Below, in pieces: positions 37,601 to 51,901 of a stretch of DNA of 64,000 bases. The position numbers were made by a program, and so were the translations under genes. This DNA is from Balanoglossus misakiensis (Eukaryota > Animalia > Hemichordata), in assembly GCA_040954595.2 (NCBI GenBank), contig JBECUI020000026.1:1-64000 (forward strand). The letters run 5' to 3'. Under the pieces are notes generated by a model, which did not search any database, was not told the DNA's origin, and worked only from the letters and a program-made list of their open reading frames with translations. Positions within the stretch are counted from its first letter, which is position 1. The number at the start of each line of letters is the position of its first letter.

Positions 37601-40600
37601 CACACTGTCCACTACGGACTGGTTACTGTGTGCTCTGGTTAATGTTGACGCAAAGGTTGACCCCACCAAACACTCAAAATTAATGGGCAGAACACTGTCC
37701 ACTATGGCCTGGTTACTGTGTGCTCTGGTTAATGTTGACGCAAAGGTTGACCCCACCAAACACTCAAAATTAATGGGCAGAACACTGTCCACTACGGCCT
37801 GGTTATTGTGTGCTCTGGTTAATGTTGACGCAAAGGTTGACGCCACCAAACACTCAAAATTAATGGGCAGCACACTGTCCAGTATGGCCTGGTTACTGTG
37901 TGCTCTGGTTAATGTTGACGCAAAGGTTGACCCCACCGAACACTCAAAATTAATGGGCAGAACACTGTCCACTACGGCCTGGTTACTGTGTGCTCTGGTT
38001 AATGTTGACGCAAAGGTTGACCCCACCAAACACTCAAAATTAATGGGCAGCATACTGTCCTATATGGCCTGGTTACTGTGTGCTCTGGTTAATGTTGACG
38101 CAAAGGTTTACCCCACCGAACACTCAAAATTAATGGGCAGCACACTGTCCACTATGGCCTGGTTACTGTGTGCTCTGGTTAATGTTGACGCAAAGGTTGA
38201 CCCCACCGAACACTCAAAATTAATGGGCAGAACACTGTCCACTACGGCCTGGTTACTGTGTGCTCTGGTTAATGTTGACGCAAAGGTTGACGCCACCAAA
38301 CACTCAAAATTAATGGGCAGCACACTGTCCACTATGGCCTGGTTACTGTGTGCTCTGGTTAATGTTGACGCAAAGGTTGACCCCACCGAACACTCAAAAT
38401 TAATGGGCAGAACACTGTCCACTACGGCCTGGTTACTGTGTGCTCTGGTTAATCTTGACGCAAAGGTTGACCCCACCATACACTCAAAATTAATGGGCAG
38501 CATACTGTCCTATATGGCCTGGTTACTGTGTGCTCTGGTTAATGTTGACGCAAAGGTTGACCCCACCAAACACTCAAAATTAATGGGCAGAACACTGTCC
38601 ACCATGGCCTGGTTACTGTGTGCTCTGGTTAATGTTGACGCAAAGGTTGACCCCACCAAACACTCAAAATTAATGGGCAGCACACTGTCCACTATGGCCT
38701 GGTTACTGTGTGCTCTGGTTAATGTTGACGCAAAGGTTGACCCCACCAAACACTCAAAATTAATGGGTAGAACACTGTCCACTACGGCCTGGTTACTGTG
38801 TGCTCTGGTCTATGTTGACGCAAAGGTTGACCCCACCAAACACTCAAAATTAATGGGCAGCACACTGTCCACTATGGCCTGGTTACTGTGTGCTCTGGTT
38901 AATGTTGACGCAAAGGTTGACCCCACCAAACACTCAAAATTAATGGGCAGAACACTGTCCACTATGGCCTGGTTACTGTGTGCTCTGGTTAATGTTGATG
39001 CAAAGGTTGACCCCACCAAACACTCAAAATTAATGGGCAGGATACTGGCCACTCTGGCCTAGTTAATGTTGACGCAAAGGTTGACCCCCACCAAACACTC
39101 AAAATTAATGGGCACGATACTGGCCACTCTGGCCTAGTTAATGTTGACGCAAAGGTTGACCCCCACCAAACACTCAAAATTAATGGGCACGATACTGGCC
39201 ACTCTGGCCTAGTTAATGTTGACGCAAAGGTTGACCCCACCAAACACTCAAAATTAATGGGCAGCACACTGTCCACTACGGACTGGTTACTGTGTGCTCT
39301 GGTTAATGTTGACGCAAAGGTTGACCCCACCAAACACTCAAAATTAATGGGCAGAACACTGTCCACTATGGCCTGGTTACTGTGTGCTCTGGTTAATGTT
39401 GACGCAAAGGTTGACCCCACCAAACACTCAAAATTAATGGGCAGCACACTGTCCACTATGGCCTGGTTACTGTGTGCTCTGGTTAATGTTGACGCAAAGG
39501 TTGACCCCACCAAACACTCAAAATTAATGGGCAGAACACTGTCCACTACGGCCTGGTTACTGTGTGCTCTGGTTAATTTTGACGCAAAGGTTGACCCCAC
39601 CAAACACTCAAAATTAATGGGCAGAACACTGTCCACTATGGCCTGGTTACTGTGTGCTCTGGTTAATGTTGACGCAAAGGTTGACCCCACCAAACACTCA
39701 AAATTAATGGGAAGAACACTGTCCACTACGGCCTGGTTACTGTGTGCTCTGGTTAATGTTGACGCAAAGGTTGACCCCACCAAACACTCAAAATTAATGG
39801 GCAGAACACTGTCCACTACGGCCTGGTTACTGTGTGCTCTGGTTAATGTTGACGCAAAGGTTGACCCCACCAAACACTCAAAATTAATGGGCAGAACACT
39901 GTCCACTATGGCCTGGTTACTGTGTGCTCTGGTTAATGTTGACGCAAAGGTTGACCCCACCAAACACTCAAAATTAATGGGCAGCACACTGTCCACTATG
40001 GCCTGGTTACTGTGTGCTCTGGTTAATGTTGACGCAAAGGTTGACCCCACCAAACACTCAAAATTAATGGGCAGCACACTGTCCACTATGGCCTGGTTAC
40101 TGTGTGCTCTGGTTAATGTTGACGCAAAGGTTGACCCCACCAAACACTCAAAATTAATGGGCAGAACACTGTCCACTACGGCCTGGTTACTGTGTGCTCT
40201 GGTTAATGTTGACGCAAAGGTTGACCCCCACCAAACACTCAAAATTAATGGGCACGATACTGGCCACTCTGGCCTAGTTAATGTTGACGCAAAGGTTGAC
40301 CCCACCAAACACTCAAAATTAATGGGCACGATACTGGCCACTCTGGCCTAGTTAATGTTGACGCAAAGGTTGACCCCACCAAACACTCAAAAATAATGGG
40401 CACGATACTGGCCACTCTGGCCTAGTTAATGTTGACGCAAAGGTTGACCCCACCAAACACTCAAAATTAATGGGCACGATACTGGCCACTCTGGCCTAGT
40501 TAATGTTGACGCAAAGGTTGACCCCACCAAACACTCAAAATTAATGGGAAGAACACTGTCCACTACGGCCTGGTTACTGTGTGCTCTGGTTAATGTTGAC

Positions 40601-43600
40601 GCAAAGGTTGACCCCACCAAACACTCAAAATTAATGGGCAGAACACTGTCCACTATGGCCTGGTTACTCTGTGCTCTGGTTAATGTTGACGCAAAGGTTG
40701 ACCCCACCAAACACTCAAAATTAATGGGCAGCACACTGTCCACTATGGCCTGGTTACTGTGTGCTCTGGTTAATGTTGACGCAAAGGTTGACCCCACCAA
40801 ACACTCAAAATTAATGGGCAGAACACTGTCCACTACGGCCTGGTTACTGTGTGCTCTGGTTAATTTTGACGCAAAGGTTGACCCCACCAAACACTCAAAA
40901 TTAATGGGCAGAACACTGTCCACTATGGCCTGGTTACTGTGTGCTCTGGTTAATGTTGACGCAAAGGTTGACCCCACCAAACACTCAAAATTAATGGGCA
41001 GAACACTGTCCACTACGGCCTGGTTACTGTGTGCTCTGGTTAATGTTGACGCAAAGGTTGACCCCACCAAACACTCAAAATTAATGGGCAGAACACTGTC
41101 CACTACGGCCTGGTTACTGTGTGCTCTGGTTAATGTTGACGCAAAGGTTGACCCCACCAAACACTCAAAATTAATGGGCACGATACTGGCCACTCTGGCC
41201 TAGTTAATGTTGACGCAAAGGTTGACCCCACCAAACACTCAAAAATAATGGGCACGATACTGGCCACTCTGGCCTAGTTAATGTTGACGCAAAGGTTGAC
41301 CCCACCAAACACTCAAAATTAATGGGCACGATACTGGCCACTCTGGCCTAGTTAATGTTGACGCAAAGGTTGACCCCACCAAACACTCAAAATTAATGGG
41401 AAGAACACTGTCCACTACGGCCTGGTTACTGTGTGCTCTGGTTAATGTTGACGCAAAGGTTGACCCCACCAAACACTCAAAATTAATGGGCAGCACACTG
41501 TCCACTATGGCCTGGTTACTGTGTGCTCTGGTTAATGTTGACGCAAAGGTTGACCCCACCAAACACTCAAAATTAATGGGCAGAACACTGTCCACTACGG
41601 CCTGGTTACTGTGTGCTCTGGTTAATTTTGACGCAAAGGTTGACCCCACCAAACACTCAAAATTAATGGGCAGAACACTGTCCACTATGGCCTGGTTACT
41701 GTGTGCTCTGGTTAATGTTGACGCAAAGGTTGACCCCACCAAACACTCAAAATTAATGGGAAGAACACTGTCCACTACGGCCTGGTTACTGTGTGCTCTG
41801 GTTAATGTTGACGCAAAGGTTGACCCCACCAAACACTCAAAATTAATGGGCAGAACACTGTCCACTACGGCCTGGTTACTGTGTGCTCTGGTTAATGTTG
41901 ACGCAAAGGTTGACCCCACCAAACACTCAAAATTAATGGGCAGAACACTGTCCACTATGGCCTGGTTACTGTGTGCTCTGGTTAATGTTGACGCAAAGGT
42001 TGACCCCACCAAACACTCAAAATTAATGGGCAGCACACTGTCCACTATGGCCTGGTTACTGTGTGCTCTGGTTAATGTTGACGCAAAGGTTGACCCCACC
42101 AAACACTCAAAATTAATGGGCAGCACACTGTCCACTATGGCCTGGTTACTGTGTGCTCTGGTTAATGTTGACGCAAAGGTTGACCCCACCAAACACTCAA
42201 AATTAATGGGCAGAACACTGTCCACTACGGCCTGGTTACTGTGTGCTCTGGTTAATGTTGACGCAAAGGTTGACCCCCACCAAACACTCAAAATTAATGG
42301 GCACGATACTGGCCACTCTGGCCTAGTTAATGTTGACGCAAAGGTTGACCCCACCAAACACTCAAAATTAATGGGCACGATACTGGCCACTCTGGCCTAG
42401 TTAATGTTGACGCAAAGGTTGACCCCACCAAACACTCAAAAATAATGGGCACGATACTGGCCACTCTGGCCTAGTTAATGTTGACGCAAAGGTTGACCCC
42501 ACCAAACACTCAAAATTAATGGGCACGATACTGGCCACTCTGGCCTAGTTAATGTTGACGCAAAGGTTGACCCCACCAAACACTCAAAATTAATGGGAAG
42601 AACACTGTCCACTACGGCCTGGTTACTGTGTGCTCTGGTTAATGTTGACGCAAAGGTTGACCCCACCAAACACTCAAAATTAATGGGCAGAACACTGTCC
42701 ACTATGGCCTGGTTACTCTGTGCTCTGGTTAATGTTGACGCAAAGGTTGACCCCACCAAACACTCAAAATTAATGGGCAGCACACTGTCCACTATGGCCT
42801 GGTTACTGTGTGCTCTGGTTAATGTTGACGCAAAGGTTGACCCCACCAAACACTCAAAATTAATGGGCAGAACACTGTCCACTACGGCCTGGTTACTGTG
42901 TGCTCTGGTTAATTTTGACGCAAAGGTTGACCCCACCAAACACTCAAAATTAATGGGCAGAACACTGTCCACTATGGCCTGGTTACTGTGTGCTCTGGTT
43001 AATGTTGACGCAAAGGTTGACCCCACCAAACACTCAAAATTAATGGGCAGAACACTGTCCACTACGGCCTGGTTACTGTGTGCTCTGGTTAATGTTGACA
43101 CAAAGGTTGACCCCACCAAACACTCAAAATTAATGGGCAGAACACTGTCCACTACGGCCTGGTTACTGTGTGCTCTGGTTAATGTTGACGCAAAGGTTGA
43201 CCCCACCAAACACTCAAAATTAATGGGCAGAACACTGTCCACTATGGCCTGGTTACTGTGTGCTCTGGTTAATGTTGACGCAAAGGTTGACCCCACCAAA
43301 CACTCAAAATTAATGGGCAGCACACTGTCCACTATGGCCTGGTTACTGTGTGCTCTGGTTAATGTTGACGCAAAGGTTGACCCCACCAAACACTCAAAAT
43401 TAATGGGCAGCACACTGTCCACTATGGCCTGGTTACTGTGTGCTCTGGTTAATGTTGACGCAAAGGTTGACCCCACCAAACACTCAAAATTAATGGGCAG
43501 AACACTGTCCACTACGGCCTGGTTACTGTGTGCTCTGGTTAATGTTGACGCAAAGGTTGACCCCCACCAAACACTCAAAATTAATGGGCACGATACTGGC

Positions 43601-46600
43601 CACTCTGGCCTAGTTAATGTTGACGCAAAGGTTGACCCCACCAAACACTCAAAATTAATGGGCACGATACTGGCCACTCTGGCCTAGTTAATGTTGACGC
43701 AAAGGTTGACCCCACCAAACACTCAAAAATAATGGGCACGATACTGGCCACTCTGGCCTAGTTAATGTTGACGCAAAGGTTGACCCCACCAAACACTCAA
43801 AATTAATGGGCACGATACTGGCCACTCTGGCCTAGTTAATGTTGACGCAAAGGTTGACCCCACCAAACACTCAAAATTAATGGGAAGAACACTGTCCACT
43901 ACGGCCTGGTTACTGTGTGCTCTGGTTAATGTTGACGCAAAGGTTGACCCCACCAAACACTCAAAATTAATGGGCAGAACACTGTCCACTATGGCCTGGT
44001 TACTGTGTGCTCTGGTTAATGTTGACGCAAAGGTTGACCCCACCAAACACTCAAAATTAATGGGCAGAACACTGTCCACTACGGCCTGGTTACTGTGTGC
44101 TCTGGTTAATGTTGACGCAAAGGTTGACCCCCACCAAACACTCAAAATTAATGGGCACGATACTGGCCACTCTGGCCTAGTTAATGTTGACGCAAAGGTT
44201 GACCCCACCAAACACTCAAAATTAATGGGCACGATACTGGCCACTCTGGCCTAGTTAATGTTGACGCAAAGGTTGACCCCACCAAACACTCAAAATTAAT
44301 GGGCACGATACTGGCCACTCTGGCCTAGTTAATGTTGACGCAAAGGTTGACCCCACCAAACACTCAAAATTAATGGGCAGAACACTGTCCACTACGGCCT
44401 GGTTACTGTGTGCTCTGGTTAATGTTGACGCAAAGGTTGACCCCACCAAACACTCAAAATTAATGGGCAGAACACTGTCCACTACGGCCTGGTTACTGTG
44501 TGCTCTGGTTAATGTTGACGCAAAGGTTGACCCCACCAAACACTCAAAATTAATGGGCAGAACACTGTCCACTACGGCCTGGTTACTGTGTGCTCTGGTT
44601 AATGTTGACGCAAAGGTTGACCCCACCAAACACTCAAAATTAATGGGCAGAACACTGTCCACTACGGCCTGGTTACTGTGTGCTCTGGTTAATGTTGACG
44701 CAAAGGTTGACCCCACCAAACACTCAAAATTAATGGGCAGAACACTGTCCACTACGGCCTGGTTACTGTGTGCTCTGGTTAATGTTGACGCAAAGGTTGA
44801 CCCCACCAAACACTCAAAATTAATGGGCAGAACACTGTCCACTATGGCCTGGTTACTGTGTGCTCTGGTTAATGTTGACGCAAAGGTTGACCCCACCAAA
44901 CACTCAAAATTAATGGGCAGCACACTGTCCACTATGGCCTGGTTACTGTGTGCTCTGGTTAATGTTGACGCAAAGGTTGACCCCACCAAACACTCAAAAT
45001 TATTGGGCAGAACACTGTCCACTACGGCCTGGTTACTGTGTGCTCTGGTTAATGTTGACGCAAAGGTTGACCCCACCAAACACTCAAAATTAATGGGCAG
45101 AACACTGTCCACTACGGCCTGGTTACTGTTTGCTCTGGTTAATGTTGACGCAAAGGTTGACCCCACCAAACACTCAAAATTAATGGGCAGAACACTGTCC
45201 ACTACGGCCTGGTTACTGTGTGCTCTGGTTAATGTTGACGCAAAGGTTGACCCCACCAAACACTCAAAATTAATGGGCAGAACACTGTCCACTACGGCCT
45301 GGTTACTGTGTGCTCTGGTTAATGTTGACGCAAAGGTTGACCCCACCAAACACTCAAAATTAATGGGCAGAACACTGTCCACTACGGCCTGGTTACTGTG
45401 TGCTCTGGTTAATGTTGACGCAAAGGTTGACCCCACCAAACACTCAAAATTAATGGGCACGATACTGGCCACTCTGGCCTAGTTAATGTTGACGCAAAGG
45501 TTGACCCCACCAAACACTAAAAATTAATGGGCAGAACACTGTCCACTACGGCCTGGTTACTGTGTGCTCTGGTTAATGTTGACGCAAAGGTTGACCCCAC
45601 CAAACACTCAAAATTAATGGGCAGAACACTGTCCACTATGGCCTGGTTACTGTGTGCTCTGGTTAATGTTGACGCAAAGGTTGACCCCACCAAACACTCA
45701 AAATTAATGGGCAGAACACTGTCCACTACGGCCTGGTTACTGTGTGCTCTGGTTAATGTTGACGCAAATGTTGACCCCACCAAACACTCAAAATTAATGG
45801 GCACGATACTGGCCACTCTGGCCTAGTTAATGTTGACGCAAAGGTTGACCCCACCAAACACTCAAAATTAATGGGCAGAACACTGTCCACTACGGCCTGG
45901 TTACTGTGTGCTCTGGTTAATGTTGACGCAAAGGTTGACCCCACCAAACACTCAAAATTAATGGGCAGAACACTGTCCACTATGGCCTGGTTACTGTGTG
46001 CTCTGGTTAATGTTGACGCAAAGGTTGACCCCACCAAACACTCAAAATTAATGGGCAGAACACTGTCCACTACGGCCTGGTTACTGTGTGCTCTGGTTAA
46101 TGTTGACGCAAAGGTTGACCCCACCAAACACTCAAAATTAATGGGCAGAACACTGTCCACTATGGCCTGGTTACTGTGTGCTCTGGTTAATGTTGACGCA
46201 AAGGTTGACCCCACCAAACACTCAAAATTAATGGGCAGCACACTGTCCACTATGGCCTGGTTACTGTGTGCTCTGGTTAATGTTGACGCAAAGGTTGACC
46301 CCCACCAAACACTCAAAATTAATGGGCACGATACTGGCCACTCTGGCCTAGTTAATGTTGACGCAAAGGTTGACCCCACCAAACACTCAAAATTAATGGG
46401 CACGATACTGGCCACTCTGGCCTAGTTAATGTTGACGCAAAGGTTGACCCCACCAAACACTCAAAATTAATGGGCACGATACTGGCCACTCTGGCCTAGT
46501 TAATGTTGACGCAAAGGTTGACCCCACCAAACACTCAAAATTAATGGGCACGATACTGGCCACTCTGGCCTAGTTAATGTTCACGCAAAGGTTGACCCCA

Positions 46601-48780
46601 CCAAACACTCAAAATTAATGGGCACGATACTGGCCACTCTGGCCTAGTTAATGTTGACGCAAAGGTTGACCCCACCAAACACTCAAAATTAATGGGCACG
46701 ATACTGGCCACTTTGGCCTAGTTAATGTTGACGCAAAGGTTGACCCCACCAAACCCTCAAAATTAATGGGCAGAACACTGTCCACTACGGCCTGGTTACT
46801 GTGTGCTCTGGTTAATGTTGACGCAAAGGTTGACCCCACCAAACACTCAAAATTAATGGGCAGAACACTGTCCACTACGGCCTGGTTACTGTGTGCTCTG
46901 GTTAATGTTGACGCAAAGGTTGACCCCACCAAACACTCAAAATTAATGGGAAGAACACTGTCCACTACGGCCTGGTTACTGTGTGCTCTGGTTAATGTTG
47001 ACGCAAAGGTTGACCCCACCAAACACTCAAAATTAATGGGCAGCACACTGTCCACTATGGCCTGGTTACTGTGTGCTCTGGTTAATGTTGACGCAAAGGT
47101 TGACCCCACCAAACACTCAAAATTAATGGGCAGAACACTGTCCACTACGGCCTGGTTACTGTGTGCTCTGGTTAATGTTGACGCAAAGGTTGACCCCCAT
47201 CAAACACTCAAAATTAATGGGCACGATACTGGCCACTCTGGCCTGGTTACTGTGTGCTCTGGTTAATGTTGACGCAAAGGTTGACCCCGCCAAACACTCA
47301 AAATTAATGGGCAGAACACTGTCCACTACGGCCTGGTTACTGTGTGCTCTGGTTAATGTTGACGCAAAGGTTGACCCCGCCAAACACTCAAAATTAATGG
47401 GCAGAACACTGTCCACTACGGCCTGGTTACTGTGTGCTCTGGTTAATGTTGACGCAAAGGTTGACCCCACCAAACACTCAAAATTAATGGGCAGAACACT
47501 GTCCACTACGGCCTGGTTACTGTGTGCTCTGGTTAATGTTGACGCAAAGGTTGACCCCACCAAACACTCAAAATTAATGGGCAGAACACTGTCCACTACG
47601 GCCTGGTTACTGTGTGCTCTGGTTAATGTTGACGCAAAGGTTGACCCCACCAAACACTCAAAATTAATGGGCACGATACTGGCCACTCTGGCCTAGTTAA
47701 TGTTGACGCAAAGGTTGACCCCACCAAACACTCAAAATTGATGGGCACGATACTGGCCACTCTGGCCTAGTTAATGTTGACGCAAAGGTTGACCCCACCA
47801 AACACTAAAAATTAATGGGCACGATACTGGCCACTCTGGCCTAGTTAATGTTGACGCAAAGGTTGACCCCACCAAACACTCAAAATTAATGGGAAGAACA
47901 CTGTCCACTACGGCCTGGTTACTGTGTGCTCTGGTTAATGTTGACGCAAAGGTTGACCCCCACCAAACACTCAAAATTAATGGGCACGATACTGGCCACT
48001 CTGGCCTAGTTAATGTTGACGCAAAGGTTGACCCCACCAAACACTCAAAATTAATGGGCACGATACTGGCCACTCTGGCCTAGTTAATGTTGACGCAAAG
48101 GTTGACCCCACCAAACACTCAAAATTGATGGGCACGATACTGGCCACTCTGGCCTAGTTAATGTTGACGCAAAGGTTGACCCCACCAAACACTAAAAATT
48201 AATGGGCACGATACTGGCCACTCTGGCCTAGTTAATGTTGACGCAAAGGTTGACCCCACCAAACACTCAAAATTAATGGGCAGAACACTGTCCACTACGG
48301 CCTGGTTACTGTGTGCTCTGGTTAATGTTGACGCAAAGGTTGACCCCACCAAACACTCAAAATTAATGGGCAGAACACTGTCCACTACGGCCTGGTTACT
48401 GTGTGCTCTGGTTAATGTTGACGCAAAGGTTGACCCCACCAAACACTCAAAATTAATGGGCAGAACACTGTCCACTACGGCCTGGTTACTGTGTGCTCTG
48501 GTTAATGTTGACGCAAAGGTTGACCCCACCAAACACTCAAAATTAATGGGCAGCACACTGTCCACTATGGCCTGGTTACTGTGTGCTCTGGTTAATGTTG
48601 ACGCAAAGGTTGACCCCACCAAACACTCAAAATTAATGGGCAGAACACTGTCCACTACGGCCTGGTTACTGTGTGCTCTGGTTAATGTTCACGCAAAGGT
48701 TGACCCCCATCAAACACTCAAAATTAATGGGCACGATACTGGCCACTCTGGCCTGGTTACTGTGTGCTCTGGTTAATGTT
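25670..48780. repeat. 23-kb satellite array of 90-bp units interspersed with 74/75-bp variant units (roughly 265 units)
   Basis: Long unit gttaatgttgacgcaaaggttgaccccaccaaacactcaaaattaatgggcagaacactgtccactacggcctggttactgtgtgctctg. The short unit ends cacgatactggccactctggccta. Higher-order duplications are visible. Confidence 0.98.
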
Positions 48781-48991
48781 AATGGTAGGTTTTGTGGACT
48801 AAATGTCAATCTTTGTACTATTCGTACATGAAACTTTTCTTTCAAATACAACTTACAGACCAACATAGACAGTCATGCTTATATAAGTATGACTATCTAT
48901 TAAAGTAACATTCATATCATGATTGTTGTTTTACACTGTGTTTTCAAAGTAATTGTTGCAGTAAACCAATTGCCTTGCTTGGAAATATTAA

Positions 48992-49098
48992 AAGGGAAGT
49001 CCTGTCCAGCTGATTTATGCATAATTTCTACACAATGTTTTTTTCTGAAAGAATGACCTCAAAGCTACCCAATTATGTAGCTGAACCGGACTTCCCCT
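48992..49098. mobile_element. Short TTAA-flanked MITE (Kolobok-like)
   Basis: TTAA aagggaagtcctgtccagct...agctgaaccggacttcccct TTAA. A relative's right end is at 52660-52730. Confidence 0.65.
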
Positions 49099-49613
49099 TT
49101 AAATGCTACCAGTGAGCTTGTTTGTCTTTGTAAATACACTCAAGTATTAATCCCCTTTTTCTCAGAATTCAATGCATCTTCATGCCATGAGGTGAGAGGA
49201 CACTTTTGTTAGCAGGAGGGAAACAAATCCAAAATAAATAATAACAGTGCAAAGTTGGTCTGCTGACTTTCTCCACATTTCATTATTGAATTACGGCAAA
49301 ATTATGAAATCCAATTATGAAATTCAGCTTTTTGTCCACTTTTTGTTGCTGCAAATTCATTGCGGTATAAAGGTCAATAATATGACAAATCTTGGTTAAA
49401 AGTATACAGTCACCTTCAATACACATTCCCATATATGGCTGAATGGCGTATTTGAGCATTCTAAAGAACATATGGTGGCGCCTGTTTTCCACGTGTGCCA
49501 CCAAATGAAAATCTGTGATTGGCTAGATTTCAATTTTCCATGGTAACTATATATAGCTAATTTTCCATGGGTGATCATATACCTTTAACTCTATAGTTTA
49601 ACATGATACTTAC

Positions 49614-49799
49614 GAACACATGATTGGTTAAAAGTGTAGACATCATACATTGAGAGACCAGTTTCTCCAGGTGGCAGATAGAATCCACCTGTGCCGTTAT
49701 TTGCATATAAGAGATAGCCTTCTTCACAGGAACATTGAAAACCACCTGCAGTGTTTTTACAAAGTTGATCACAAGAATGTGAAGCACATTCATTTATAT
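49614..49799 (-). CDS. Exon: calcium-binding EGF domain with long Uninflatable-type C5-C6 insertion
   Basis: ag|DINECASHSCDQLCKNTAGGFQCSCEEGYLLYANNGTGGFYLPPGETGLSMYDVYTFNQSCV|gtaagt. 186 nt. This frame is not in the ORF track. Confidence 0.9.
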
Positions 49800-50320
49800 C
49801 TACAAAGAAGGAACATGGATTGGATTAAAACAATGTACGTTCAGTAAAATTGAAAGTATTGTCATTTCTTTTAATCGTGAATTTTGGGATTATCTTGTGT
49901 ACGTACAAGATGAATCTGTGATAAAATAAAGGCGTCACCTTGCTTGCTTTTGAAATACAAGGCCATTAATTTAGTTGATAATAGAAGAAACCTGCTGACT
50001 CAGCATGGTTCACCAATGGTTTGTCTATGGACAAAAACATTAAAGAAATTTATCTCAAAATAGAGCATTGTAATCACACAATTTTATTTGACCAATGAAT
50101 TTATATTTACTAGACTGAGCTATGTGTAAAATTTCGTGAAAATGACAATAGTAGAAGTTTGTTTTCTAGCAATTATCAATGTAATCCTATGAGAAAAAGA
50201 CACCTGAGATTAAAAGGTCATTCCAAAAATTTATCCGGAATTCTGAAATAAGTTCGGAATGTGTTAAATGTGAAAATAGTGACTTGAAGTTATGTTGCAA
50301 GTGACTTGTTTATGTCTCAC

Positions 50321-50449
50321 CTTTGCATGCTGTTCCATTCACATCTGGTTCAAATCCCACCAAACATGCACACTGATAGTCACCATCTCTATTTTCACAG
50401 ACTTGATTGATTCCACACCGTGCCACCAATGTACTACATTCATTGATAT
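50321..50449 (-). CDS. Exon: calcium-binding EGF domain
   Basis: ag|DINECSTLVARCGINQVCENRDGDYQCACLVGFEPDVNGTACK|gtgaga. 129 nt. Confidence 0.92.
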
Positions 50450-50539
50450 CTGAAATGTTATTCATCAAGATATGATCAAAATCCCACAGGTCCGCTGGTA
50501 AATTCAGACCAACAAGTTTAGCTGGGAACCACCAGACCA

Positions 50540-50733
50540 ACAGGAAATTTTCACAAACAAATTTTCGCGAACTATGCAAGAGCCAAAAAAAAGACATTTT
50601 TGCGTAAAAAACTATTTTCAGTGATAACAATGTAGTGAAATACGAGAACATGAAAATTAATCGTCTCATAACAGTTTCTGCTTTTGATATCGCAAAAAAT
50701 TTCTTTGTCGCGAAAATTTCCTGTTTTACAGTA
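50540..50733. mobile_element. Diverged copy of the tcgcga-rich TA MITE
   Basis: Shares aattttcgcga...gagccaaaa...gaaaattaat...cgcgaaaatttcctgttttacagta with 53350 and 54030. Confidence 0.7.
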
Positions 50734-50924
50734 ATCAATGAAAAATAAAATTACGAAAATCATGAAATTTCTGACAGCCATAGATTTGCATGGCATGAAC
50801 TGTATGTCCTATCAGCATGTAGTTTAGGTGACATTTATGATAAATAGTCAAATTACTGGAGTGATCGATTACGGTACCTCATAAGCAGACAACCACATGA
50901 AGACCAATCTTGATGTGAACTTAC

Positions 50925-51107
50925 CAATGCATGATGGTATTGCACTATTCCACTGTAAATCGGATTGACAAGTCAGGTAATCAGCACCATTTAATTCATA
51001 GCCAGCATTACAATAGAATGTGATGTTACTGCCCATATAATATGGTCCACTATCAGGGACAGCTTGTAGATGTGGGTCTGTTATGAGTATATCACTGCAG
51101 TTCAATC
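50925..51107 (-). CDS. Exon: Sushi/CCP domain
   Basis: ag|LNCSDIL...YYMGSNITFYCNAGYELNGADYLTCQSDLQWNSAIPSCI|gtaagt. 183 nt. Confidence 0.92.
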
Positions 51108-51417
51108 CTGCAAGTAAAAAAAATAAAACACTATGTGGATGCAGACTTGATTGTGGTATATATATTGGGTATCTGTATTCTGTCACAACTTTAACATTTT
51201 CACCCCAAGTTCCCACTATAAAAGTCCAGATACCATTGACTCCTTTTTTTCAATTATCGACTAAATTCATGACTCTGTATTTCAAAAACAAGCGTGGTGA
51301 CCCCTATATTTTATCACAAATTTTCATTATACATACATAGGATAATCCAAAAATTAACAATTAAAAGAAATGACCATATTTTCAATTTTACTGAATGTAC
51401 ATCCTTAAATGACTTAC

Positions 51418-51600
51418 GTTGACAGTATCCTGGATCTCCAATCCATGATCCATCTTCACCACATGTAGAGACAGTGTAGCCAGTCAGACTGTAGCCAGAT
51501 GGACATGAGTAGGCAACGGTTGTTCCAAAAATCAATGAATCACCATTAACAATTTCATATGATAAGTAGTTGTCTACATTCGGTGGTGGACACTCGCGAG
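51418..51600 (-). CDS. Exon: Sushi/CCP domain
   Basis: ag|RECPPPNVDNY...FGTTVAYSCPSGYSLTGYTVSTCGEDGSWIGDPGYCQ|gtaagt. 183 nt. Confidence 0.92.
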
Positions 51601-51901
51601 CTGTTTGGATAAGATGAACAGATAACATTACAAGTGTGTTAATACTAGGAAAATGGTTTAAAGGGACATGTAGCAGTAACCCTCACAATCCTGCATATTT
51701 TCAAGTTACCAGTGTCTGGTTTAACATTCAGTGTGTAATGTCCCAATTAGACACCCATGTGGAATGTAGCAACCAGCACAAAGTGCCCCATCATAACGCT
51801 ATGGAGAGAATTTCAACTTGAGTCAGTGATTTTTATGAAAACATGACAGTGAACACCCTGTGTTATACTTTGTTTTCAAAACGACTCATCACACACTTTA
51901 A

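Noticed and set aside
25670-48780. CRISPR-like array
   Set aside because: There are no unique spacers; units are tandem and near-identical. The context is eukaryotic with no cas genes.
25821-48866. Dozens of long ORFs (up to 684 aa) on both strands
   Set aside because: They are translations of a 90-bp satellite, repeatedly broken by 74-bp units and stop variants, with no domain similarity.
49283-49504. Possible next exon of the CUB/Sushi/EGF gene
   Set aside because: An acceptor-like site exists near 49461, but no frame gives a Sushi or EGF pattern.
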